Part shown: positions 52,301 through 64,000 of the stretch, one piece after another
How positions within the stretch are numbered: the stretch's first letter is position 1
Layout of the letters: the number at the start of each line of letters is the position of its first letter
Assembly: GCA_964035545.1 (NCBI GenBank)
Contig: OZ037770.1
Coordinates: forward strand, 10,050,973 to 10,114,972
DNA: 64,000 bases
Direction of reading: 5' to 3'
DNA from: Bugula neritina
Lineage: Eukaryota > Animalia > Bryozoa
The notes under the pieces: generated by a model
What the model saw: the letters and a program-made list of their open reading frames with translations, nothing else
Told to the model about the DNA's origin: nothing
The model's database searches: none
Position numbers and translations under genes: made by a program

Positions 52301-55300
52301 TCAGTAAAACTGGTTTTTTTTCTGCCCCCATCGCTTTTATAGTTTATATCTGGAAATAAGTTAGTAAAAGCCTTCCTCCATACACCATCTTTATAGCATT
52401 CATTACACACTTCCTCTTGCTACTATATAAGCTGTTCAATCTAGTCCAGTTGAGTGCATAATCACACAAGGTTCAACTTTTCATTTCTTTGTGGATTTAT
52501 CGATATCTTGTTAATTTTGTATCTGTCATGGCACTTGGTTTGCTCTAATTACCTACCTCATGTATTTATACAGAGTACCAGCTCAGTTCCCCCCAAACCT
52601 CCCCGGTCTATTGAAGATAAGAAACTCATGATCAAGTTGATCAAAGCTACAAAACTTAACAAACAAACCCTGGGTAAGAGTTTAACTTATATTGACACGT
52701 TTTCAATAATCTGCGTATATATTTCATGCAGGAGTGCCTGTGTGCTACTTGTCGTACCATACCACCAGCATTATATGCTCCAGATATAAAGCTACTTTAA
52801 ACAGAGTCAGGATGTTTTTTTGTAAACAAAATGAATCTTTTTGTATACAGTTTGAGTTTAGAGAGAAATAGACAGCATTACATGGATATACCTGCTATAT
52901 TTTACTCTGCATTGATAGCTGGCATACTTTATTGTATGCTAATAATATAATGAATGGGTTAGTATGATTTCACAATCGATCTATAAATGTTTTTCGACAG
53001 CAGCTGAGTTACAACAGCAGCTGCGATCTGGTACTGGCAGCTCTCAGTAGACATTCCTACAGCTCAATTAGTATTCTATTGGCAGCACTAGTTGTGCTGA
53101 ATGTCTTCTCGTTCTACATGGAGCATAATATAATATTATTCGTTCTCTTTCTGTGGTATATAATATAATATATCCGTTCTCTTTCTGTAGAAAATAATAA
53201 TATAATAATATGTGTTTGCGTTATATCTAAATATATGTTATGCCATTCTAAGCAATTTTTTAATTAATTAAACTGTAAATATTGCCAATGCCAAAGGTGT
53301 TTTGTTTTTAAACATTTTAGTATCATTAAACATTTTGTGACATGTTCATTCTAAACAAGACTGTGTTTTGCTCACTAAAATATTTTGTTTAAATTTATAT
53401 GTGAAGCTGAGAATATGCAAAATAATAACATTTAATCACGTTTGGCGTATTCATAAAGCATGTTTCTATATTTCAGAATTTTTCTAAGGGCATATCTTTA
53501 TATTTCATCAATTCTACAAGTTGCAGGTTTTTGAAAATGTAGCAGAGAATAATATATTGAATATCTATGATACTTTTTATAAAAGTCTTGTAATATTCTC
53601 AGTGTCAGGCCTAACAACCATGCATCCTCCAACAATAAAATTTTATAATGAGTTGTGCAGCCATCTCTAAATGTACTAGTAAACCTGCTACTTAGTAGTC
53701 CTAATGAATTAATAATGAAATATGCCCAATGTTTGAGATAACTTACTGTTGCTAGTACTCAGTGATTTGGGGCTCTAATTAATTGGTCTGCTAATTACAG
53801 CTAGTCTAATTACTGCCTCTATTTAGACTAAACTGATAGGTATATAATGTACACCCTTGTAACTCATTATCTGCCTTCTCATCAGGGGGCTGGTTGTATA
53901 CTAGACTATAGGGTATTGTAGTCATATGCTAGACGAGTGTACACTTCACTGGGATTGTGTAGTATATAGAATACACTTACTATATGCAATACTAGATTCA
54001 TTGATCTCTTTAAATTCTCGAGTGTAAACAAGCCATACTGATTTACTCTGCTCTAAATTGTGTTGGGGCTTTCTCATTAACCTTGCAGCTGTAACTTTGA
54101 AATTTTGTAATTAATTTTTAAAAGCAATCTCTGTGATCGAATGTAATATAAATGATGCATAGCTGGTAAAATTTAATAATGAGACAGTAATGTAAAGTAT
54201 CTCTTGGCTTATAAAATTTAGAGTAATATACTATTCATACTTTATACTTTGAAATCTTATAAAACTTGGGGGGGGGGGGGAAATGATTTGCAAATTCATT
54301 CTTGCATCATATTAGTCTCCTGTGCAATACTAGTAGTACTAGTAACATCAGTAATTGAGAGCTGTTCAGCTAGACTGCTTAAGTTTACACTCGTCTTAAA
54401 ACCCCCCCCCCCCCCCGCATTTATATTATTCTATTTTATATTTGAGTGTGGGGACAGTGGGTACATAGTCTATATCCTGTAATTATTTTATAACTTTTGT
54501 TGAGATTGTGGTATAGAGTGGTGAATTAGCTCCCACACCTTGTCAGCAATTATTACTAAAACCCCAAACATGTAGTGATAGCCAAATTCTCTCTGATATT
54601 ACCAATTTATTACCAATATTTGTGACATAGTATACGTGTGTTATACTATACAAGCTCTCTAACCACTGTTGCTCCAATAATAAAAGTCTTAGATAAAACA
54701 TTATGTTGGAGTTGTATGCCCATCATAAGTTTATTGAATATTATCTTCTATATAATATAATTGTAACATGTTACTTTGTATGCAGGAATCACTGTCAAAC
54801 AAAATCTCATTATTAAAGTGCTCAATGCTAAAGGTCTCCATGCCTGGAGATTCTGTGGTAATCTCATATTCCCAATCTGTTTCTCCTCTACCTTTACTTT
54901 CATTTTATTAGCTTTGCTGCCATTTCATTAAGTTTTTATTGTTCTTAGTATAATCACACCAATCAGGGGCTATAATTTTAAATTTCAGCTTGAATTTTTT
55001 AAATGACATGTTAGCTTTATGTTTTCCGCCATACATGTTCATTCTGAATTGCGGAATTGTTGAAACAGTTATCAGCGTTTATGTATATAATACATGTAGG
55101 TTTTATATTGTAATAATTAGTATTGGTGATTAATTGAGGGCAACAACAAATTGAAAATGTAATATTTGCAATCGTCTAATTATCCTCAATTATTATTTTT
55201 CCCATAATTAATTTGACTTTTCACTGATATACATATCATTTTGATATATTCTAACATTGCACTATACTGCTATATAGTTCTATTTTCACCCATGGTTTAA

Positions 55301-58300
55301 CTGTGATGACAATTTTAAAGACATTGCTATGATCTATAATTATTACATGAATTTTAGCAATTTCTAATAAATGTGAAAATTTTGTGGTTAAACTACAGAG
55401 TACTTTGAAGCCAAATAAAACATGAGCCAACGCTTACTACCAACATTTGTGTATGCAACATCTTCGTCTTTTTACTCTAATAATAGTATCTATACCAATG
55501 AAAAGGCTTATGCGTTTTTATGTTGCAACTTATAAATTTACCCTATTCAATACCTAATTCATTCACTAAATTGTTAAACAAGGTTTTTTTAGGAAATTGG
55601 TTTTATACAACATTCATTTGGCATAACCCTGATGCTGTAGTAATTTTAAGGAGTTGTCTTTTCATGAGATCATCAATACTGTATATGTTCATTGTAGCTG
55701 GGATGGATGCCTACTGCGTTGTCCAAGTTGATCAACCATACCAGACCCATTCTACAAGTATAGCCAAGAATACTGTCAACCCATATTGGGATGAGCATTT
55801 CCTTTTGTAAGTATTTATTTTGTCCATTCTCAGAATAGTATAAAAACTTAAGCAAGTTTATAGTCACTATTCCTGTGAGAATCATCTGATGGAAAATAAT
55901 TTTTTAAGCAGATCTTAAGGACTTATTCAGATGAGGCACAGGAGCAACTATCACCAATGATATTTGCTGGGGTTAGATCCCATGACTTCGTGCTTATTAA
56001 CCCCTAGATCACGGCTGCTCCCTTCTCAAAATATTATTAAAAACTCTATATTAAAGCTTTATACTAATTTTATCAGCTTTGTGTGTAGGCCTAACAACTA
56101 ATTAACTGATTATATTTCAGCGATATGAACAGCAACACTAACCAAGTGACGTTTAGAGTATATGGGAATTCCAAAGATACAGATGGTAAGATAACTCTAT
56201 CTTTACTCTATGCAATAAATGATCAGTGTATTCACTTGAAAATATGATCAAATTTAGGTTATGATTCTATTGAAATCAACACAGTGTTTGTATATTATTT
56301 TATTGCTGTAATGAATATATGTGTCTAATTTTTGTCACAATTAATGAAGTTGTCATTTCTAGCATTTCCAGCTGACGTTGAATTAAGTAGACAGGGAAGT
56401 TCACAACAGAAGCTGAGGCACAAAATTTTGCTTCGCTTTTCAATTGTTTTCATTGATTAAGACGCTGCGGCCAATAGGTTTTAATATAGCCTCATTTTTT
56501 AATTATTTTAAACTCTTTTAGTCTTCATAGATTTGCGTTTAAACTGTGGATTGAACATTTTGTCATTTAGAACACACACTTTTCCCAAGTACTGCTTTAA
56601 CCTACCTTTAGTATATCATGTTTGAGATATTCATACATGTTGTCGTCTTGGGGTTTAGATAATAGGAATTGCCTTGGAGAGTCCGTTATAGAGATAGAAG
56701 TGTTGAGATACAACCACGGAATTAGACTCGTACTTCCTCTAGAGAGAAGAGCTATTGATACGGATCCTACACAGCCAGTATCTGGTTCAGTCACTATAGA
56801 GGTAGAGGTGGAGGTTTTGCTTGAGTGTCTGTATCTATTACATGCATTATAAGTTTAAGTTCACAGCAGAGCATTTTATTGAGAAAAACTTTGTAAAAAT
56901 GTGACAGTAAACACATTTAGAGAGCAGTTTTGTTGAATTTGAAAGTTATGTACTCAATGGGACCAGAGGAAGGTTTTTACAAACATTATATGACATAATT
57001 TTTACCGCAAGTCCTTTAAATAAATGTGCTTCTTTGTACAGGTGCTAGTAGCTGTGACAGGTGCTAGTAGCTGTGACAGGTGCTAGTAGTTTCAGCAGGT
57101 GCTTGTAGCTGTGACAGGTGCTAGCAGGTGCTAGTACACACTCACTGTTGATGTTGTCTGTAGGCTTTCTTTGTGGACTCAGCAGAGTTTTCTTCCCCTG
57201 AGTTGGACGATGTCTTTGCTCAGTCCGTGGAGCCGCTGTTAGTCGTCTCGGATGCCGGAGAGTCAGCGCCTGAGGTGATGGAGGAGCTGCCCAGCCCCAC
57301 CCTAAAGCTGCCTCCTGGAGAGGAAACAAATCACAGGCTATCTGAGTTAGAGGAGGTAACAGAGACTGAGGTCTTGTTGTACTGATGTTATTATATAAGC
57401 TATTTTTTGTTCAAAGAAATGTTGCAGCTGCTTGATTAACCCAATAATTGGTACTGAGGCAGCCATTGACTCAGGAGTTGTTAACTTTTGTCTTCAAGCT
57501 CATTGGCTGCATTAGATTAGTTATTTCTAAACCTCTTTGCTGGCACATGATTGTGGCAATTGAATGTACAATTGAAATTAAAAAACTGACCATTATTCAA
57601 CATATAGAGCCAGAAACATGTTTAAAAGTGATATATATATATATATATATATATAATTCGCTATATATCAAGATATGTATTATATATTATAACATAAATA
57701 ATTTTGTTGATTTTTCTGGATGTAAATATTTATTAACTTCAAGATTATAGTTTAAACTTTAATACGATAAATTAATTAGTTTTACTGATTTATATAAAAT
57801 ATGATTAAAAAAAGACAACTATTATACAATTGAATTTAAATATCCACTTCACAGAATACACTGGGTTCCAACAGCTCAACTAGGGCGGGTGACAAGGACG
57901 GGAGTGCACAGAGTATAGGAGTGATACATAACGACAGCAGGCTTGGTATGCCCTTCTATTTAGACTATATTATGTAGTAGGTGTGTCGTCACTAGGATTG
58001 TGATGTGTAGGCTGTAGCATATAGTGGTTATCTGTAGCATATAGTGGTTATATGTAGCATATAGTGGTTATCTGCAGCATATAGTGGCTATCTATAGCAT
58101 ATAGTGGTTATCTATAGCATATAGTGGTTATCTGCAGCATATAGTGGCTATCTGTAGCATATAGTGGTTATCTATAGCATATAGTGGTTATCTGTAGCAT
58201 ATAGTGGTTATCTGCAGCATATAGTGGCTATCTGTAGCATATAGTGGTTATCTGCATCTTGTTTTGTATTTCATGTCATTTTGGTGGTATTTTACTGCTC

Positions 58301-58465
58301 CACTCACAATTCCTGAAACCTATATTGTATGTAGATTTAGCTGAAAAAGTCAGTAGGCATCAAAAAAGCATAGCATAGTGAGTAAGCATAGTAAGTGATG
58401 ATGTGCAGCATTTAATTCAGTATTTATTTATACGTATTATATTGTATTATTATATTAAACAGTCA

Positions 58466-58558
<93 letters not shown>

Positions 58559-61500
58559 TATATATATATATATCTGACCTGTATTAGGTACACCTGGTAT
58601 ACTGTAGATATACATATCTGATGTACTTTCTGATATAAATACAACGTAAGCTAAATCTATTTGTAGATTCCACGCTGAGCATAGACATGAAAAATGCAGG
58701 TAAGACGTTTGTGAAAAGGGTGTTGCACCACCACATAGTTTCCTATAGGGTGTATTAAGGTATATAAAATACGCCACATACTGAATGTTCAAAGACATTG
58801 GGTTTTGTAGACAAAAGAATTGATTAGACAGAAATAATATTATTTTGTCCTATTTCTGACCAAATATTCTGATTTAGCCTATAAATACATATAAATGCAT
58901 TTCAACAGAAACCAACAATTAAACAGAATGTCATAAAAAATGCAGTACTTGCAATTAATTATATTATTATTACTACCAAGGTAGAGATACTGTTCATTAA
59001 CATTACTACCTTGGTAATAATATTAATGATTAATATTTCTTGTTTCTTGATAAATTTTGAGTTATACAAGATCAACTTAATTACTGTATATATGATATGG
59101 GCTGGCTAGTTTTTGCATGCTTGTCTCTACTTTGGATGTGAATTGGGTGATGCATGCATGGTTAAGTTAAGAACAGTTTCAGTGCGCTGACTTGGGTACA
59201 TTCGAGTCTTAGCACGTGTGGTTATAGTTAACTTAGAGTTGTCTTCTTCATGCTAGAAAGTGGGCGGAAACACCGGTTTTCCTTAACTTTGGGTAGGAAA
59301 AGAGCATCGTGGCTTGCTATGAAGCTGGATAGACCACATTCCTATGCTACAGCTGTGAGTGGTTTGATCTTTACCTTTACCTTTTGAATCCCTCTTGCAT
59401 GTAGTATTGTGGTACTGAGGCTAACCCTGCTCATATGTTCACTTTGACACCGGATAATCGAGATGCAGCACTATGTTGGTGGCGTCTTATTCACAGTTGG
59501 AGCTATGACCACCAAGTTAGTGCTGCTTCTAGATTCTTCCTTTTGACACAGTTTGATGAAACATACCCTGCCATATTCCTCAGGCCTAATTGACTTATTT
59601 CTGTTTTTAACAAATTTTTAACTTCAATTTCAAAGTTCTTACAAATTGTTTGAAAAAGTCTGCAAGTGTTTTCAAAAGAAGTAATATGAATTTCCGATCA
59701 AGTGGCAAGCTGTGTTTGGTGGTTTAGCATGCACCTTAGTTTCTCTACTTGCACCCTTTTTAAGTTGAATGCATCTTTTATTTTAGCTTGGAGTTATGAT
59801 CACTTGGAAAATACACAATAGAATACCCTTATCATATTATAATTTGAATATCCCTCATATTATTTATTATAGAAATTATCACTCTGCAGCCTAAAGACTC
59901 TGTTACTGATTTAGTAATGAAGGAAATCTCCAATAGACATGATATGCCCAGCACTATTATCATAACGAGTGGCCAAGGCAGAGTAAGTCTCTACATTCAG
60001 TACTCCAGAGAGCCGAGAGCTCCCACCTGCTTGAAAGTTTATTTAATCAATATTATTCTGCCTTATAATTGAAAATAAAAAACATATTTTTCATTTATGC
60101 TGATAAGCTCTGTTTTTGGCTTTATAATCCTTAAAAGAATTTAATGTGTGTATGATTAGCCCCATAACATATTATGAGTAATGAGTGCACGCCTCCTTCT
60201 TGAATCATCTAAAGCTTCTTGACCCTAGACCTTGTCATTCTAGCTGAATACTGCTATCTCCCCTAAACCTCGGCAGCCGCTAGTATCGCTAGCCTCAGTC
60301 GAGTCTCTGGTGAGTTGGTCTGAAGGCTTGTCGATACGTTTACGAGTTGTTCGAGTCTCGTTTTTTGACGGGCATTTCATATAACTCATATAACTAATTT
60401 TGCCATTCTGTGAAAGCTACTTATTTTGCTGTAAAATGTAGCAGAAAATATTTCAACAGTTTTTGACAGTTTGCTAATGTAGAAGATAGTAGTGAACTTA
60501 TTTGTGATTGGATTAATGTTTGTTAGGCTCTCAGGGATTGGCTATTGTTTAACTGATTCGTAACCTGATTGACAAGCCTTCAGCAAGTGATTGTTGTGAA
60601 GTGCAACTATATAATATAGGAATAGTCTTATTCTACCCTGTTTTTATCACAAATTCAAACAGAACTATTTAAAATTAAATTTTCGAGTTTAGCTTAAATT
60701 TGCGCAAAGTGAATAGAATATTTTCACACTGTGCACAATTTACCTTAACTAAATATAGCACAATTTTGTTCACCTTGATGGCGTGGTTTAAAATAGTTGT
60801 TAAAAAGTTAAAACTCTCAAAGTGATCATATTTCAAAAAGTAGACAAAGTTTGAATTTAAGATAAACTTAAAGCAGTGGTAGGTTTTCTTTATTCTTTCT
60901 GCACATTTCACAATACACTTTGTGCTCACTACTATAATTTCAGCTCCACTTCTTCCATTTTCGTTATTATCTATACATATGTAGAGCATGCATGGCTGGG
61001 CTGGCTTGCAACTAGTCTCATTAATGTTAACTTTGCACTCAACATCACGGGCTATGGATAGAGTGTTTACCTTCAACCTTCTTTTATACTTGTTTAAAAA
61101 CTAATATGCAGCTTTGTTTCCAATTTTGACAGGAACTTTCTAATGTTTTCAGTCGTTGTTAGTTAGTAAAACTGCCTATTTCCTGTCCTTTGGTACGTTA
61201 TACATACATCTGTTGGTCAGTCTGTTGAAGTTATATTATTGAATGCTTCAGTCAGATGATAGTGGTAGCAGTGGCACCCCTAGTATGCTACTGGACGTAC
61301 ACCCCCAGTACCCCCCACAACCCCCTTCCACAGAAGTGCCAGCTTTAGGGGGACAAATTTCAATTGCAGTGCCAACAAACAACAACCTACTAGACGTACC
61401 TAAAGGTGAGTAAACACCAAACATCTTAGCATTCTTCTCTTACACATAGTGTTTACTTGTCACAATGAAAAACGGTAACATACTTCTGGTTTCTTTGTAA

Positions 61501-64000
61501 GCAATTTTGTCAGATATCTATTGATTACTTGGAGTTATTGCCTCCCTGATGCAGTAGCTGGCCTCAGGTGCTGTGACGAAATATAACCACTGTGCGTTTT
61601 GATTCTTGAAGTTATCCTTTTACAGAGTTAGGACAAGCGTACCATTGATGTGTTAGATAACAATACATTTAGTATTTCAGCCAGTCTAAGAATTTATTAC
61701 TTTAGAAGATATAGCCTGGGTTTGTATTTGGTTAGCAGAGAGGAAATCTCGACTTTCGGGCTTGAAGAAAAGGTTTACAAAGACAAAAGATAAGAAGGCA
61801 AGATCTCACAGCGTGGAGAGAGGTTCGGGATTAGATGAGAATAGGTACTTGGCACCTCCTCGTTCTACCAATTTAGGTGAGTGTAAATAAGGCATTGGGC
61901 TAAGTTATATATAGGTCAGTGTAGATAAGGCATTTGGGTAAGTTATATATAGGTCAGTGTAGATAAGGCATTTGGGTAAGTTATATATAGGTCAGTGTAG
62001 ATAAGGCATTTGGGTAAGTTATATATAGGTCAGTGTAGATAAGGCATTTGGGTAAGTTATATATAGGTCAGTGTAGATAAGGCATTTTGGTAAGTTATAT
62101 ATAGGTCAGTGTAGATAAGGCATTTGGGTAAGTTATATATAGGTCAGTGTAGATAAGGCATTTGGGTAAGTTATATATAGGTCAGTGTAGATAAGGCATT
62201 TGGGTAAGTTATATATAGGTCAGTGTAGATAAGGCATTTTGGTAAGTTATATATAGGTCAGTGTAGATAAGGCATTTGGGTAAGTTATATATAGGTCAGT
62301 GTAAATAAGGCATTTGGGTAAGTTATATATAGGTCAGTGTAGATAAGGCATTTGGGTAAGTTATATATATAGGTCAGTGTAGATAGGGTATTATGGTAAG
62401 TTATATATAGGTTAGTGTAGATAGGGTATTATGGTAAGTTATATATAGGTTAGTGTAGATAGGGTATTATGGTAAGTTATATATAGGTCAGTGTAGATAG
62501 GGTATTATGGTAAGTTATATATGGGTCAGTGTAGATAGGACATTAGGGTAAGTTATATATAGGTCAGTGTAGGTATAATAGTAGTACATGGACCTGTGAA
62601 GTTGCAGGCAGCAGGTGTTTGTAAAGTGTGACTTTCACAGCATCAACTCTTATAGCAATATTAGGTCAGTGTTTATTTCATATATTGTTAGACCAGCCTC
62701 AGCTAGGTAAGGGTTGAGAGGAGAGCTCTCCATTTCTCAATAAACTCTTGTCTATGTGTGCTGTCATGACTAGTGGCAAATTTTGTAGTAAAGGAACTTT
62801 TCCAAACAGCAGGATATTTGTGTGTGTGAGTATATACTATGGGCGTTTGTGCGTGTTTGTGTACTAAATAAAATAATATGTATGTTGGTAGATAATTCCT
62901 ACTGGTAATACAGATCACTGGGTAACTAAATTCTCTCTAATAAATTTACTGCCATTTATTAAATTTGTCATTTATTGGTTAACCATTCAATGCTTTCACA
63001 TCCTCAATTCTATAACTCTAAATATAAGAATTTTTATCAAAAAACATGCTTATTTAATGTTCACTTCCATTTTTTGGTGTTTTCAGCATATATGTTTTTA
63101 ATCGGTTTTGCATGCTTACTTGTATAATTACCTGGTAGACTTGATCTATTTATTGTTGGTAGCCCCTAGCACATAGCATGGTCTCAACATCTGGTATATG
63201 CTGATGCAAAAGAGTCTATATTAGTTTGTAAACAATGCACTTTCACAGTGTGGATAAGAATTCTACGTCAACTGCTAACAGTTTTGGTCATTAGGGATGA
63301 TTATGATTTCTCACCAAGTGATTAGTAAATGAAAAAAAAATTAAAGTTTCACATAGCTATGTGTTTAATTCAGTAGACACTGGAATAATCAGAAAAATTA
63401 CTCATTTGTTGAATAAATTTGAGTTTCACTTTTTATTTGGGGTTATATATTTATTGCATGATGCCCTCTATAAATTATTATCTTAAAATCCATGTCACTA
63501 TTTTCGTTCATCTTGGAATTATCTCACCTTAAAAGGAAGTCTTTTGGCATTTGTATTGCTTCATAATAAAGTGTAAGCTTTTCCTAATAGCTGTTGGGTT
63601 ATTAAACAGGAGTTTAGAGTTATCCTCTCTAGTAGATGCAGGGTCCAAATTCATACATTTATCTCACCTAAACCATATGATAGTTAGTCAGATATTGTCA
63701 TTTGACATTCATTAAAATTCTCAGCAATGCTTTTAAGTTACTTGAAGAATTTATTCACTCTCAAAAGTTCTTTTGTTTAGAACCCAGTACCTCTGAGGCA
63801 TCATTGGGGCAAAGCACTTTGAAAAAGAAACTTGGAGGAAGTTTGAGAAAATTGTTTAAACGGAGGTCTAGCTCAAGATCTCGCGGTGCCCCTGAGTCGA
63901 AGGGTGCTAGCCGCTCTACTACCGACATCACGGATACCTTGTCTATTGAAGGAGCTCGGCCAGATGACAAAAGTTCAAGGTCATCTTTTGAGGTCGCCAT
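49391..64000 (+). CDS. C2CD2L: C2CD2/C2CD2L (TMEM24)-like ER membrane lipid-transfer protein (TM-SMP-C2-polybasic tail); 3' truncated by the window end
   Basis: Exons 49391-49819 (TM, SVSWLNQVLQW), 50343-50441, 51012-51125, 51238-51336, 51818-51976, 52574-52673 (KLMIKLIKA), [54786-54857], 55698-55806 (DAYCVVQVDQPYQ...NTVNPYWDEHFLF), 56121-56185, 56659-56801 (CLGE...SGSVTIE), 57164-57355/57370, 57855-57945, [58667-58699], 59873-59982 (STIIITS), 60244-60309, 61252-61405, 61736-61876, [62692-62706] and 63781-end (KKKLGGSLRKLFKRR). Brackets mark optional candidates. The domain order matches C2CD2/C2CD2L. Confidence 0.8.
51623..51817. repeat. 15-bp minisatellite (CACTTCCTGTTTCAG), 13 copies, ending at a splice acceptor
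   Basis: Seen directly. Confidence 0.95.
55912..56021 (-). mobile_element. tRNA-derived SINE copy with internal deletion
   Basis: The reverse complement reads GGGAGCAGCCGTGATCTAGGGGTT...TCATGGGATCTAACCCC...TTGCTCCTGTGCCTCATCTGAATAAGTCCTTA. Confidence 0.7.
57038..57136. repeat. 18-bp repeat (ACAGGTGCTAGTAGCTGTG-like), ~5 copies
   Basis: Seen directly; ~27 nt upstream of the acceptor at 57163. Confidence 0.85.
58012..58256. repeat. 20-bp minisatellite (TAGCATATAGTGGTTATCTG), ~12 copies
   Basis: Seen directly. Confidence 0.95.
58465..58573. repeat. (TA)n microsatellite
   Basis: Seen directly. Confidence 0.95.
61875..62575. repeat. 37-bp minisatellite (AGGTCAGTGTAGATAAGGCATTTGGGTAAGTTATATAT), ~18 copies, starting at a splice donor
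   Basis: Seen directly; the first unit AG|GTGAGTGTAAATAAGGC is the functional donor. Confidence 0.95.

Noticed and set aside
58960-59025. Short hairpin TACCAAGGTAG...CTACCTTGGTA as a pre-miRNA
   Set aside because: The paired stem is short with AT-rich flanks and a large loop. There is no support without small-RNA data.
61875-62575. CRISPR-like 37-bp regular repeat
   Set aside because: Units are head-to-tail with no unique spacers, there are no cas genes, and it sits in a eukaryotic intron. It is a minisatellite.
63761-64000. 79-aa ORF on the - strand
   Set aside because: It is the antisense shadow of the + strand C2CD2-like exon starting at 63781.

Overview
AT-rich, intron-rich animal (invertebrate-like) nuclear DNA. 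There are no prokaryotic features. Seven protein-coding genes plus one nested gene could be assembled by hand from GT/GC-AG junctions with matching reading phases. In order: the 5' end of an RS-rich, possibly Tra2-like splicing factor (-, truncated at the window start); SH3BGRL-like (+); OPA1 dynamin-like GTPase (-, about 20 exons); an intronless Gal-3-O-sulfotransferase-like gene (+); an intron-containing FoxQ2-class forkhead gene (-); eIF2B delta (EIF2B4, -); and a C2CD2/C2CD2L(TMEM24)-like TM-SMP-C2 gene (+, runs off the window end). The nested gene is an unrecognised 140-aa secreted 6-Cys protein lying antisense inside a GC-AG intron of EIF2B4. Repeats include a tRNA-derived SINE family, a palindromic MITE family and about 12 intronic minisatellites. 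The most unusual signals are (i) the nested orphan secreted protein, (ii) minisatellites that sit at exon borders, several of them copying the splice site, (iii) 3/6-periodic TAN/ATN tracts next to the inferred promoters of the housekeeping genes, and (iv) a second C2 beta-1 cassette exon and microexons in the C2CD2-like gene. All exon models are manual and unverified by transcript data or database search.
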